Shown: positions 38,194 to 50,533 of the stretch, in pieces
Layout: each line of letters starts with the position of its first letter
How positions within the stretch are numbered: the first letter of the stretch is position 1
Source: Selaginella moellendorffii
Lineage: Eukaryota; Plantae; Lycopodiophyta
NCBI RefSeq assembly: GCF_000143415.4
Contig: NW_003314302.1
Span: forward strand, 451,182 to 515,181
Length of the DNA: 64,000 nucleotides
Reading direction: 5' to 3'
Notes under the pieces: generated by a model
What the model was told of the DNA's origin: nothing
The model's input: only the letters and a program-made list of their open reading frames with translations
Database searches by the model: none
Program-made: the position numbers and the translations under genes

Positions 38194-41100
38194 TTTTGAC
38201 AGCTTTGTCTTGATCTTGTTGCTATAATTGCTTTTCATTGTCCTTGAGCATTCTTAGTGTTTCAGGTGACTGAAATACACATATATCATTAAGATAAGTT
38301 AGAAGATCTCACCTTGAAAAGCAAATGAGCCAAGCCTCGTGAGGTGAAAGAGTCGAGCTGCTGACGAGTTTCACTTTCTTTTGAAGGAATCGTCACGCTG
38401 GATGCTGCTTGGCAGTAAAAGAAAAGAAATCAAATGATCATGTAAAGCACGGGAACTGGAATTTCGGCAGGAGTAGCTGAGAATTTGCTCTCGAAATCGG
38501 TGTTAGAGGTAAAGGTGAGTGCATCCTACATATCAGTTTTCTCCTCGTGGTTTACAAGAAAAAAGAAAACTTACCAAGTCGCAAAGAAATCCTACAATAT
38601 TTGTATCTAAACTACAGACTCAAATTTTGTTGTTAAACTTTCTCTATGTTTAATATTACTTACCAAACCAGAGACCCTCTTGTTTTCCTGATATCCTGGC
38701 AATATTTCCTTCTCTTTCTACAATTGAGTGATTCTTCTTTCTTTCCTCTATCAGCACAGCGGCAAGATTGATTGGAATGGGAGAGGCGCTGTGGAGAAAT
38801 CGAGGCACATGCCGACACTACAAGCTCCAGGTAAGAGATTCTTCCCATGTGTGGAGAATGTTCTCTTTGTTCTTTAGTGTGGATGTTATGTTGAAGGTGG
38901 AAGCTTGGGAAACGCTGCCTTGAAGGTAAGCTACGAATTTTCCTCTCCAATTTTTTCTTCCAGGTGATTGTTTCGCAAGAATGTGATAATTGAAATCTGG
39001 GCCGTCCATTGGATAATGTATGTACAATCTAGACCGGTGCATTTCAAAAAATCTGGACCGTTAACATATGGCAATTAACTGGTGATGTGGCACATTTGTG
39101 GCAAGACGAAATATGTGTGATTATGCACCTAAAATTCAACATTGGGTAATGGGTTACATATGTATATTAGATTTATATAGAAACTAAAAGAGAAGAGAAA
39201 AAGGGGATATAAGAAAATTGTTCACTTGGTCCTAACTTGCTCATCCTCTGTATTAAAGAGAAAATTGCTTAGTTGTAAACCTCCAATCCATCCATTAGAG
39301 GAAGTACCACATGAGAAACAAAAGGTTAATGCTAGTCATCTCTTATTCTTTTGAAGAAGCTAGAATCTAGTGCTCCCTTTAATCCATTTGATAAATCCAT
39401 CATAAGATCAAAAGATTGCAGTGTCAATCTCTATATTAGATTCAGCACTCTATAGAAGGACATATGTGTGCATTAGATAGTAATTGACCATTTTAATTAG
39501 CAATTTGCTTGATTGGGCAAATTTTATTTATTTTACATTAGCCAATGTTGTTGCAAAACACTAATGGCAAGTAAATGTATATGACTAACTTGATTTTCAA
39601 TTTCAACATTTGGATTTTGTTCTTTAGTTTTTCAGAAGTAAAAACTTTAAAAATATCTTTAAAATCTTTTAGTTTCAGAAATATCTCTTTTTCCCTTTTT
39701 CTCTCACATTAAAATTATGTTTTAATCAATTCATTTATAAACCAATATAAAATATCTCTAAGTTTTTATTAAAAAATTAATGGTTATGTAGTGAATAGAT
39801 CTTATAGTAAGAAATTATTTTTATCAATGAATAATAAAATGTATTTATAATATAATTTCAGCTCAAAATTTTATAAAGATATTTTATTTTTGGTTAAAAG
39901 TATACTTAAAAAAATTAATTAACTAAGTTTTTAGAATAAATTATTAAATATAAGGTTAGAGATTTAATCATGATACAACTACTTGGTATTTAGAGTTTTT
40001 AGGAACTAAATTTGAATTATTCAACTATTATTTTTACCTTCTATAATATTTATTTTTTCATCCTCTTTATATAACTATAGAAGTTTAATATCCCATACTT
40101 TTAAACTTTTTATCACTTTGCAACACATTTTTAGATATCCCTATAGTATTGTATTTATTGATTCCATGTGAAATATATTTATTTGTTCTTTCAAAGTATA
40201 GTTGATGAACTTAACACCACTTTTTTCACCTATTATATTAAATTAATATTTATATTAAAAAATATTTTTTATGTTTGTAATTGTTCAATTGTCTTATATC
40301 TAAGATTTCATCAATTATTTTAATGGGAAATAATTTTATAATGACTTGATAAATAAATTTTTTTATCCTCTTTTACAAATTAAAGTGAATAAATGATAGA
40401 AGTGGTGTTTCAGTGTTAATATTATTTTTAATTTTTATATATATATATATAATGCTACTTTTGAGAATAATACATGTTATAGCAAAGTTTAAAGCATAAT
40501 GACCTATTAGAGTGGAAATATGAATAAATTAATAAATAGTCTTTTGTAAGTTTAATATCTCAATTAATTATTTAATTAATTAAATTAAAAGTGAGTTTTA
40601 ATAAAGTTATTATTTTTACATGAATCTTTATAATAAATTTAATTTTTATTTTATTTAATATATTGATAATACAAGCAAATATGTATACAGTTAGTAGTTT
40701 GTGAGCTATAATCCAGCTGAAAAATATAATAAAATAACCTTTATAATGGAATTTATATTTATATTTCTTAAATTAAATGGAGTTTTAAGGTTTCTTAACA
40801 GTAGGCGAAAAAATTGCTTTCATTGACAAATGCTGGTCGTTTTTTCAACACATTTGCCACTATAGTCTTATAATCACCTTGTTGGTGTCCAAGTGGCAAG
40901 GCACAGCAACCATGGCCAAAGAGATATAACTGGAGCTCATCTTCATTTTTCTTACGGAGAGAAGCAATTTTTGCTTAGCTGAGAGCATCAGTCACCTTGT
41001 AAGTTAGCTTTAGAATCGTTCCTTTTGAGCTGGATAGAAAAAGCAATTAGGATTGACAAGCAAGGGAATGATTAGGAGTACCTTGGAGTTCTTCGGTAGT

Positions 41101-41247
41101 CTGCACTGTTCTTCTTAAAGCAGGAAGAGCTTCCTCTCGGAGATGGCGCTGTACACTCAAGACAAGCTAACAAAATTGTTCTGCACCTCACAAGAATTTA
41201 GAAAAGAAGAGAGCAGTGACGCTACGAATCAAAGTACCTGGAGAGGC

Positions 41248-44200
41248 TCATCGCGGATCTGGAGAGCCCATCGTCTCTGAGAATGCCGGGGAGATGTCGA
41301 ACTGCTTAGAGAGGCCGGAGGGATTGGAGTCGATGGAGGCCATGAACTGCGACGCGTTGTTCTCGATGATGAGAGCGTCTTCCAGCTCGCGGACGATGTC
41401 GGACATGGACGGCCTCCGGCTGGAATGAGGTTGGACGCTCAGCATCGCGACTTCCAGCACTCTCCACATCGCCTCCGGACTGTAGCTGGAGCTGATGCTC
41501 GAGTCGACTATGGCTTCGATGTTTGTGTCTTGGATGTATGGTCTTGCCTGCAAAAATTTAGTAAATCTTTAGAGTCCATCTAAAACTCATGCGGTAGATA
41601 TATTATCCTACCCATTCAACCAAGCTCCACTCCGACCGAGGACGGTCGATGCTCAGTGGCTCACGGCCACAGATGACTTCTAAAAGGACCACTCCAAAGC
41701 TATAGACATCACTTTTAACTGTGAGTTCTTGTGTCAAATAATATCTGGAAAAAACAGTGAGCAAGTTTGTTTCACAGCAATGCAGAGGTTTATGACTTAC
41801 TCCGGGTCTAAATAGCCAGCGGTTCCACGAACTTCCAAAGAGACAACACTATCGCCGTCTTGAGGAGCAAACTTTGAAAATCCAAAATCTGCAACCTTTG
41901 CTGTCATGGATTGATCTAACAAAATGTTACTGGACTTAATATCCCTGTGTATAATTGATAAGTCCCCTCCAGCGTGAAGGAACGAGAGACCTGTTATAAA
42001 CACATGTGTGACAACCTCGAAAGAAAAAGAATGCGTTTTTAACCTTTGGCAGCACCAAGAGCTATAGACAATCTCGTTGGCCAGTCGAGAGGCTTTCGCT
42101 TGAAACCTTCGCCTGTTTAGCAAGTGTCAAGTAGGCAAATGCATATGTTGCATACTTACCATACAATCTATCCTGTAGAGATCCATTTGGCATGTAAGGA
42201 TATATAAGAATCTCTTGTTCATCTTCCGCACAGAAACCAAGCAGTGGAACGAGGTTTTCATGCTGAATTCTTGAGAGAAGATTGAGCTACATAACATTGA
42301 CACACTTCGATACTGAAACGATGAAAACAAGCTTGGTAGTACCTCTGTGTTGAACTCACGAGTTCCTTGTATTGAGCTTGACGATCTAGCCTTCACAGCT
42401 ACAGCTTGACCAGAGAGTGTGCCGTAGAAAACAGTGCCAAATCCACCTTCACCAATCACAGTCTTGTAACAATTGGTCGCATTGACCACCTCTTTCAGAG
42501 AAAGACGGCGTATGTGATTTGACTCTTTTGCATCTTTGGCAATTGTCGTCACATCTGCAGGTCTACTGTCAGCTCCAAAAACAATAAAAGAGAGAAAAAG
42601 CAAGCCTTTCTTACATTGTGGCGTTGCTTTCAACTGGCTGTTCGCACTGAATGCCACAATATCTACCAGCTTCATTTTGCGCTTGCGAATGGCAAAAAAT
42701 AAGCACCCAGCCATGACAACCAAGAGGATTGCAAAGCCGCCAGCAAATCCAGCAATGAAAAACTTCGTCAAACTATGGCCCTTTGCATCCTCACCCCAGC
42801 CTAGTAGCAACTGGTTCCCAGAAAATCTGAAATATTCTATCGTAAGAATGAAAAACTGGGGAAGTCCGCAATGCTCACGTAAAGTTCACCATTTTGCGAA
42901 GGTCAGATGGTATATATCCCCCCAAGTCATTATTGTCCAAGTGCCTACCACAAATATATTGATCAGCCAACAACGACAGCGTCATGTTATACTTACAGCA
43001 CCGCAAGCTTTGGCATATGTCCCAAATACTCAGGAATCGTCCCGTTTAGGTTGTTATTTTCAAGTCCCCTGTGCAAGAAATCAACTCTTGAGGTGGCTTA
43101 TCAATGGGAAACGAACTCACAGTGTCGTCAAATTCTTAAGGGAAGAAAAGTCGGGAATTTCTCCAGTGAACATGTTTTCGTCCAGTTGCCTGTCAACCGC
43201 AAGTCACATACTGTTGCAAAACACAAATGCGTAACTTACAGAATTTCTAGATCCTCCAATCTGCTTAAACTGGTTGGAACAGAACCATTTAGACCTTTTC
43301 CTTCGAGATTTCTGTTCAGAGAATTAAAACTTAGAAGCTTGAAAATATGGGTACGTACTCACACTTCAACTATAGCTGGCCCTCCGCTTCTCATGTCGCA
43401 GTTAATGCCATCCCAGTTTGTCTGCAACGGAAGGCACGGATCTCCCGACCACTGCAATTTAGATCGGTACATTCCCTTCAAAGGCAGCAAAGCACCAACT
43501 ACAAGGAAGAACCAAAGTTAGCACCTTCGACGCTCACTGGGAAGAAAAGAGAACATTACCATCGCGTTTCAAGGTTCCAGCTGCCTTTTTGACAATATGA
43601 TACGCCTCAAGAGCATTCAACATGGGACCCCTTCGACTTGTATCATTGGCAATAAGCGAGATATTCAGTGTCGGGCTCGCAAGCACTTCGAAACATAGCT
43701 TATATCCGGCCAAGCCAGATATTTCCTGAATATCTAAGTTCCTGCGAATCATTTGATGGTTTGCAAGCACGTCAAAAATTCGATCACCAGGCCTCAGTAA
43801 TGGCTCCAGCTCCAAAAAGTGCAGACAAACGTAGAAGTCAAGGTCAGAGCTTTCGACGTGGAATACATATTGTAAAGCGTTATCCGAGGTCGCTGCAGTA
43901 TCCATTACGATCTTTGGAACGTGATCATAAAAGTCGCTGCCAACGCTTCCGTTGACGAACTTATCCGATCGAGATATATCTGTAGACCATATCAAATCTG
44001 ATGGATCGACAGGGTACCTGAAATATTGCTTGAGTACCGAGAGTTAACATCAAAGCTTGATCTGTTTACCTGATGTTTTTGTCCCAGTTCGCAACGTCTA
44101 AACGGGCGATTGTCTCCAGGATGCCATCGGGAAGAAAGAAATTCACCAAAGGCCGGAGTTCCAATGATGATATCACAGGTTTCATACTTGCCGAGAGAGC

Positions 44201-44783
44201 AATAAGGCAGTAGCTCACTTCTTGAGCATCAGCTGTGAAAATTGCCTCGGCATGCTTGACATCATCCGTGAAAGTAACTTTGTGGATCAAAGTCGCGTCC
44301 AGGGAGATACTAAACGATGGCGGAGAGCCTTTCGTGTCATAGTTTCCATAGAAGAACGTCCCTCGGATCAAGTAAATAGTTCCGGGTGTAACTGGCAGCT
44401 TGTAGCAGCTCTTAGTATCGTCAAAGTACCTGAGGTGATCATAGAGCTTATGGTCGAAGCCATTCGCGGGTCCTAAATTCGCCTTGTCTCCTGGAACAAA
44501 AACCGGTCGTCCAAATCCATCAGCGTAAGCGTCATCGGGTATCCAGGTGAGGTTGTGAGAATCCAAAAAAGCGTTGTCACTTCCGCAAGCAAGACTGATA
44601 AAGCTCGCGTTCACAGCTGCGGAAAAAAAAAAAGCGTGAGAGACGAGCGTAAAGACATAGTAGTCAAAGACATAGAAAGTAACACCAAATTTGCATACCT
44701 CCTTGCGAGTTAGCAGCACAGAGCGTCAAGCGCACGAATAGAAGAAAAATTACTGTGAGATTCTCATAGACGCTGATGGCCAT
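41248..44783 (-). CDS. SYMRK: Malectin-like/LRR receptor kinase, SYMRK/DMI2/NORK-like, multi-exon
   Basis: Signal peptide, malectin-like domain ([20 protein letters not shown]), WSGDPC, LRR exons and TM. Kinase [50 protein letters not shown] and tail [16 protein letters not shown] are characteristic of SYMRK. Confidence 0.87.
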
Positions 44784-45158
44784 AAGGAAGAATGTCAGCA
44801 ATCCCCTGTTCCAGCAGCTGGCAGGATCGGAAGCTCCCGCATCTTGGATCGATCGATGCCGCAGCTTTCCAAGAGGAATTTGGAGCCGCGGATTGTGGAG
44901 CGCCAGAAATTGAGAATGTAAGAGCTTGCGACTGACCTCAAGACCTCAAGAACGCCGTGATCGCCATCGCCAGGGCGAGTGCTTCAGCCCTAAAGCCCCG
45001 ACAACGCGAACTACGATGTCATCGCCAGCTTGACGGAATATCCATACGAAAACTGACGGTGTTGGCGGTACTATTCAAAAACCGAATATGCTTTTTGGGT
45101 GTAGGGTTTTAGCTAGGGTTCTTTCTTCGCTCCTGGAAATGTGGGCGATCGCGCTGGA

Positions 45159-47714
45159 ATGAGGCGCTTCTCGCGGCCCGGGAAGCATCTTGGCGCGTTT
45201 GTGCTCTACATTTCTCCGAGAAATCTTCTGGAGGTGCTAGCTAGCAGGAGATTTCATCGCTGGGAACCGCGAGGTGAGCAGCATTTCGATCCACAAGAAT
45301 ATTTTCTTAGTGTTCCTGCCCCTCCAGGAGGCCGCGGCATCGCCTCCTGTGCCGCCGGCGCGGATCTAAGCAACCAGGCGCTTGATCTCCTCGACACCAC
45401 CGATTGCTTCGCCTTGATCCGGCTTCTCCAATCGTGCACGGATGAGAAATCTGGGAAGCGAATCCACGCGCGAATAGTTTCCAGGGGTCTAGAACAGGAT
45501 CCTCTTCTCGCCTGCCCCATCGTCCAAATGTATCTCCGGTGTGGGAGCTTGACAGAGGCCGAGAGAGTCTTCCAGCGCCTGGCTCACCGCGGAGTCGTCC
45601 TGTGGACTTTGATGATGGCGAGCTACTCGTCCCGGGGGAAAGATCGAATGGTTCTACTGCTCTTCCGGCAAATGCAGCTAGAGGGCGTCAGGCCTGATCG
45701 AGCTGCGCTCCTCACGGTCCTAAACGCGTTCCAGGGGCCGGAGTTTCTCGTCGAGGCAAGAGCTCTCCACCATCTTTGCTCGAGCTCTGGTAACGTTTTG
45801 GATCTGGTTCTCACCAATGCTCTAATCTGTGTGTATGGCAGGTGCCGCAGCATCCCAGACGCTCGCGAGACTTTCGAGGGGATCAAAGCTCGCGACGTTG
45901 TGTCGTGGAACTCGATACTTGGTGCGTATAGCGAGCTCGGGCAAATGCAAGAGGCTCGAATGATCTTTCGGCTCATGCAGCTCGAGGGTGTGAGGCCCGA
46001 GAAGGTTACCTGCGTGACGGTGCTCCATGCCTGCAACGCTTCGCCGGCTCTGGAAGATGGGAAGATCGTTCATCTCTGTTGTCAACAAGGTGGATTCGAG
46101 AAGGAGATCATCGTGGCAAACGCTCTCCTCAACATGTACGCAAAGTGTGAAGCTCCTGGGGAAGCTCAGAAGGTTTTCGACGAGCTGGAGGAGAAAGATA
46201 TCGTTTCTTGGACGACCATCGTCTCGGCTTACTCTCTGCAAGGCCAGCACGAGAAGGCTTACGCACTTTTCAAGAGAATGGATCTGGAAGGGGTCCGAGC
46301 TGACAGAGTAAGCATTGTAACGCTGCTCGAGGCCTGCTGCAGCCAAGGAGCTCTAGAAACCGGTAAAGTTTTCCATGATCGAGCTCGCGAATCCGGACTA
46401 AACTCCATTCTTATGGTCAGGAACGCGGTGATCAACATGTATGGGAAATGCGGCAGCCTCCAAGATGCTCGGGAGGTGTTCGACAAGATGGATCACAGGG
46501 ACGTGATATCCTGGAACACGATCATCGGCAGCTACGCTCATTCGGGTCTCTGGAGCCAGTCGGTGGAGCTCTTCTTCCTCATGAAAGACGTGAAACCGGA
46601 CAACGTGACTCTCATGACGGTCGCCAACGCAGCCGCGACTTTACAGGATATAACCTCCGGGAAGAAAATTCACGAGAGGATCGTGGAACAGGGACTCGAG
46701 TTGGATCCAATACTCGGCACAGGACTTGTCAACATGTACGGGAAGTGTGGATACTTGGAAGAAGCTCGGGACTTGTTCGACAGGATTCCAGAGAAGAGGC
46801 TGGTCTTGTGGAACTGCTTGCTTTCGGCTTACGTCCAGTATGAGCAACACGAGGAAGCCGTGAAGTTCTTCAAGACGATGGACATGGAACCGGACAAGAT
46901 CACGTACATCACAGTGCTAAACGCGTGTGCGGGGCTTTTATCGCTACGAGAAGGGAAGTCCGTCCACCAGCGAGTAGTCGAGGCCGGGCTCGAGAAAGAC
47001 GTGTTCGTGGGAACAGCTCTTCTCGACATGTACGCAAAGTGTGGGACTCTCCAGCAAGCTTTCGACGTCTTTGAGTCGCTGCCGCTGCGAAACAACATCA
47101 CCTGGAACAGCATGGTGGCAGCGTTCGCGCAGCACGGGCGATCGATCGAGGCCGTGACACTCTTCCGAGAGATGCTCCAGGAAGACATCCCAGTGGACAA
47201 AGTAACTTTCGTCAACGCTCTCGCGGCTTGCAGCCACGGAGGCCTCACCGAAGAAGCGGCGCAGTACTTCACGTCGCTCGTGGTGGATTTCGAGCTCCAG
47301 CCGAGCGTGGAACACTACGGCTGCATGGTGGATCTTCTGGGACGACTCGGCTGGCTCGAGGAGGCGGAGAAGTTCATAGCAGGGATGCCAGTTCCAGCAA
47401 ACTCGGTGATCCTGGCAACGTTCCTAGCGGCATGCCGAATGCACGGAGATATCGCGCGAGCTAAACGAGTTGTCGAGAAGGCGGTGGGTTTAAATCCAGG
47501 CTCGAGCTCGTCGTCCTACGTTGCCTCCTCTTTCGTAGCACTGTCGAGCATCTACGCCGAGGGTGGAGAATTTGAGGACGCAGCGAGCTCGAGAAAGAGG
47601 AACAGGGACAGGAGCTCGAGAGGATGGAGAGAGGTGGGGGATGAAGTGTGCGAGCTTGAATCGGGCGAGAAGATCCACCAGGAGCTCCAGAGGATGGATC
47701 GAGGCGGGGGATGA
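45159..47714 (+). CDS. PLS-class PPR protein with E domain and degenerate E+, no DYW
   Basis: Many P-L-S triplets, HYGCMVDLLGRLG, MPVPANSV..TFLAACRMHG. Intronless. First in-frame ATG at 45159. Confidence 0.92.
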   Translation: MRRFSRPGKHLGAFVLYISPRNLLEVLASRRFHRWEPRGEQHFDPQEYFLSVPAPPGGRGIASCAAGADLSNQALDLLDTTDCFALIRLLQSCTDEKSGKRIHARIVSRGLEQDPLLACPIVQMYLRCGSLTEAERVFQRLAHRGVVLWTLMMASYSSRGKDRMVLLLFRQMQLEGVRPDRAALLTVLNAFQGPEFLVEARALHHLCSSSGNVLDLVLTNALICVYGRCRSIPDARETFEGIKARDVVSWNSILGAYSELGQMQEARMIFRLMQLEGVRPEKVTCVTVLHACNASPALEDGKIVHLCCQQGGFEKEIIVANALLNMYAKCEAPGEAQKVFDELEEKDIVSWTTIVSAYSLQGQHEKAYALFKRMDLEGVRADRVSIVTLLEACCSQGALETGKVFHDRARESGLNSILMVRNAVINMYGKCGSLQDAREVFDKMDHRDVISWNTIIGSYAHSGLWSQSVELFFLMKDVKPDNVTLMTVANAAATLQDITSGKKIHERIVEQGLELDPILGTGLVNMYGKCGYLEEARDLFDRIPEKRLVLWNCLLSAYVQYEQHEEAVKFFKTMDMEPDKITYITVLNACAGLLSLREGKSVHQRVVEAGLEKDVFVGTALLDMYAKCGTLQQAFDVFESLPLRNNITWNSMVAAFAQHGRSIEAVTLFREMLQEDIPVDKVTFVNALAACSHGGLTEEAAQYFTSLVVDFELQPSVEHYGCMVDLLGRLGWLEEAEKFIAGMPVPANSVILATFLAACRMHGDIARAKRVVEKAVGLNPGSSSSSYVASSFVALSSIYAEGGEFEDAASSRKRNRDRSSRGWREVGDEVCELESGEKIHQELQRMDRGGG

Positions 47715-47872
47715 AGCTGTCAAGTTTGAATCGAGAAGGAGGAGCTCGAGAGGATGGATCGAGGTGGGGGGACGAAGCTGGCAATTTTGAATCGAGCGAG
47801 AGGATCCACCAGGAGCTCGAGAAGATTGATCGAATCGAGCGAGAAGATCCACCAAGAGCTCGAGTGGATGAA
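47585..47872 (+). repeat. Degenerate tandem repeats of the PPR E+ coding segment
   Basis: Recurrent GAGCTCGAGAGGATGGATCGAGG..GGGGA.GAAG and GAATCGAGCGAGAAGATCCACCA units. Confidence 0.75.
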
Positions 47873-48144
47873 TGAAGACGGGCTCAATGAAGTTGCCAAC
47901 TAGACTATTTTAAATTTTGAATTTTGCATATTCGAAAATGGTACGACGAACCCTAAAGCTAGGGTTCGATTCCTTGGTAGGTTCTTAGCTAGGGCTTGGA
48001 GGCGATAGATCGATCGATCGCGCGACTAGGAGCTCGGCTGCGACTAGGAGGCGTTGTCAATCTCTGGTTTGCCGCGAGGTACCGGCTTGGTGGATCTCTT
48101 TCTCTGGATTTCTGTCCCAGGCATTGTGATTCTCTACCACTACC

Positions 48145-50202
48145 ATGGGGGATCGCCACGGCGGCTACGATCTCAGGCGGGCGCCGCCACACGAGCGCCT
48201 GGACAAGCGCGATGGTCGGATCGGGGGTTTCCGGAATCACAGCGAGTGGGATAGAGGAGAGAGGAGCAACGGCAGGGAAAGGGATCTGGAGAGAGGCGGC
48301 GGGGACAGAGACAAGGAGCCGCGGCGAGGGTTGAGTAGTCTCATCGTCAAGGGCGGATCCAGCTCCGCAGAGATTGGCCATGGTTTCCAGGGATCTATGC
48401 CTCACCATCACGCCCGGAATGGCTTGCCACACTATGAGCCGCGGGAGGAGAGAGTCCGTTCTTCAGGTTTGCTTCTTCTTCTTCACTGGTAGCTTCATCT
48501 TCTTCATGGGTGGAAAGGGAAAAAAAGAAAGAAAGAAAGCATAGCAGTCTTGGAAGGAAGAATGGATGCCTGGTAATTTGCATATAGGTGGTCGCGATTT
48601 CTCTAGTCCTTTGCATTGGCCGCCACTCTTTTCTCTCGAGTCTGGGTCACTTTGGCTTGGAGCTTGCATAGCCTGAGAGAAGATCTGGAGAAAAAGAGAA
48701 ACTAGATTGGGTTTTCACGGCACAACTCTGGTGGCTCAAGCTTCCAAGCGTCGTCTCTCTCGTCGGTCGTCTTGCCTGGGGTGGTGGTGGTGGTGGTGAT
48801 GGTGGTGGTGGTGGTGGTGGTGGTGGTGGTGGTGGTGTCTGTGCTATAAACACACATATCTTTTGGTTGAGAAGAGTGTCCGGGGCTCAGCAATGTCTAC
48901 TGCAGGATTCGGTGACGCGGTTTACATCTCCAATCTCCCAGACGATGCCAGGGAGGGGTCCGTGGCAATGTTACTCGGAGAAGGTGCTGGGGTGAAGGTA
49001 CTAGTCAATGTGGTTTTGGTGTGCTGCTCATGGTTTCAGATTCCTCCTCTCACCGGTGAATGCTCTCGCTATCACAGATCGACCACAGATCCAGGCTCCC
49101 CATGATCAAGATATATGAAAACAAGGATACAGGATCCAAGGAAGCAGAGGTGGTGGTAGAGAATATGCATGCGGTGGACGCAGTGATTAAGCACTTCCAT
49201 GGTATACTCACGAAGCTCTTGTGTGGAGGGAAGTTTAGCTAGATGATAACCAACGTTTTTCTCATGCTCGCCAGGCTACAGCTTTAGAGGGCGGAAGCTT
49301 CACGTATCCGCTGGTCTGCACCGGGGCCAGGCGGCCAGCCCGGTTTCTCGTCACAGGCGGTCGGATCACTACGTAGAGCACGATGGTTTCCGCGGTGGCG
49401 GCGGTGGCGGCGGTGGTGGTGGAAGAACAAGTCCTCGGGGGTACCGTGACAGTAGAGCTCGAGGTCGTCCGGTCGATCTTCCGCCGTTTGATCGCCCCGG
49501 CGGCCATCGCTCGCCGCCTTACAGGAGGGAATTGGACGGGCCTCCTAGGAACAATCCGAATATCGTGCCAAGAGAGGGCGACTGGATTTGCTCGGAGCCA
49601 ACGTAAGCAAGCTGGTTTTTTCTTTTCCATTGTGTTCTACTTTTTGCTCCCTCGACTCACAGTGGTTTTTTGTTTTCTTTTTCTCTTCCAGGTGTGGGAA
49701 TCTCAACTTTGCTCGTCGATCTAACTGTAACAGCTGCCAGAGGCCTCGCCACCCTTTTGCGATGGAGCCGCCTCCGCCGCGGGGATTTCACGACGCTCTA
49801 CCGCCTCCCAGCGTCCTCGGCCCGCCTCCCATGTCCAGAGGTATGATCGACTTGGGACCTCCTCCGCAGGTCTGGGACCGCATGATGCCGCGGGGATTTC
49901 ACGACAGGATGCCACCCATGGACGCCAGGTTCATGGAGCAGCATCCCCCGGAGAGGGGAGGATTCCGGGAGAGAGATGTTGGCATCCACGATATGAACGG
50001 TGGTGGTGGTGGTGGGGGTCATGGTGGTCATCACAGGGATCGAAGGCCGCCTTCTCCGGGGGAGAGTAGAATGGACAGGGAGTTTGATGATCGCTATAGC
50101 CGGAGGCCTCACTCTCGTCCCAGGTGGGAGGCCGACTTGAAAGTCCGGGACCGTGGGATTCACAAGCGCCAGTCTTCTCCGAGGGGTGGCAGGAAGGTGT
50201 GA
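48145..50202 (+). CDS. TAF15/FUS-like RNA-binding protein (RRM, RGG, RanBP2 zinc finger), multi-exon
   Basis: RRM VYISNLP...PMIKIY...FHGYSFRGRKLHV, an RGG stretch, and zinc finger [26 protein letters not shown]. Confidence 0.85.
48778..48837 (+). repeat. (GGT)n microsatellite in intron 1
   Basis: About 19 GGT units. Confidence 0.9.
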
Positions 50203-50533
50203 GCAGTGAGATCGATATGGCTGTGAAGAGATTGAGAAGAAGAAGAGTCTCTATTGGTAAGGTTTGCAAAAGTTTGGTTGCTTTATTTTCTTAGTTCCTT
50301 GTTTTTCTCTTTGCTATAGATTGTTAACATGAGCACTTACAGACTGTATTTGCAATTAATATTTTGTGAAGTCCCTTAGTATTATTTTGCCTTTAAAATC
50401 GGATTTGGACACATTGGTAGTATTATTTTTGCCTTAACAAAATCACATTAATTTGGACTAGTTGTCTAACTAGAAACATACCAACCTCAGTGTGATGGCT
50501 ACAAAACTATTAGAATGTATAAGCAGCTTAGAT

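Noticed and set aside
48647-48893. Poly-Pro and poly-Thr ORFs
   Set aside because: Artefacts of the intronic (GGT)n microsatellite.
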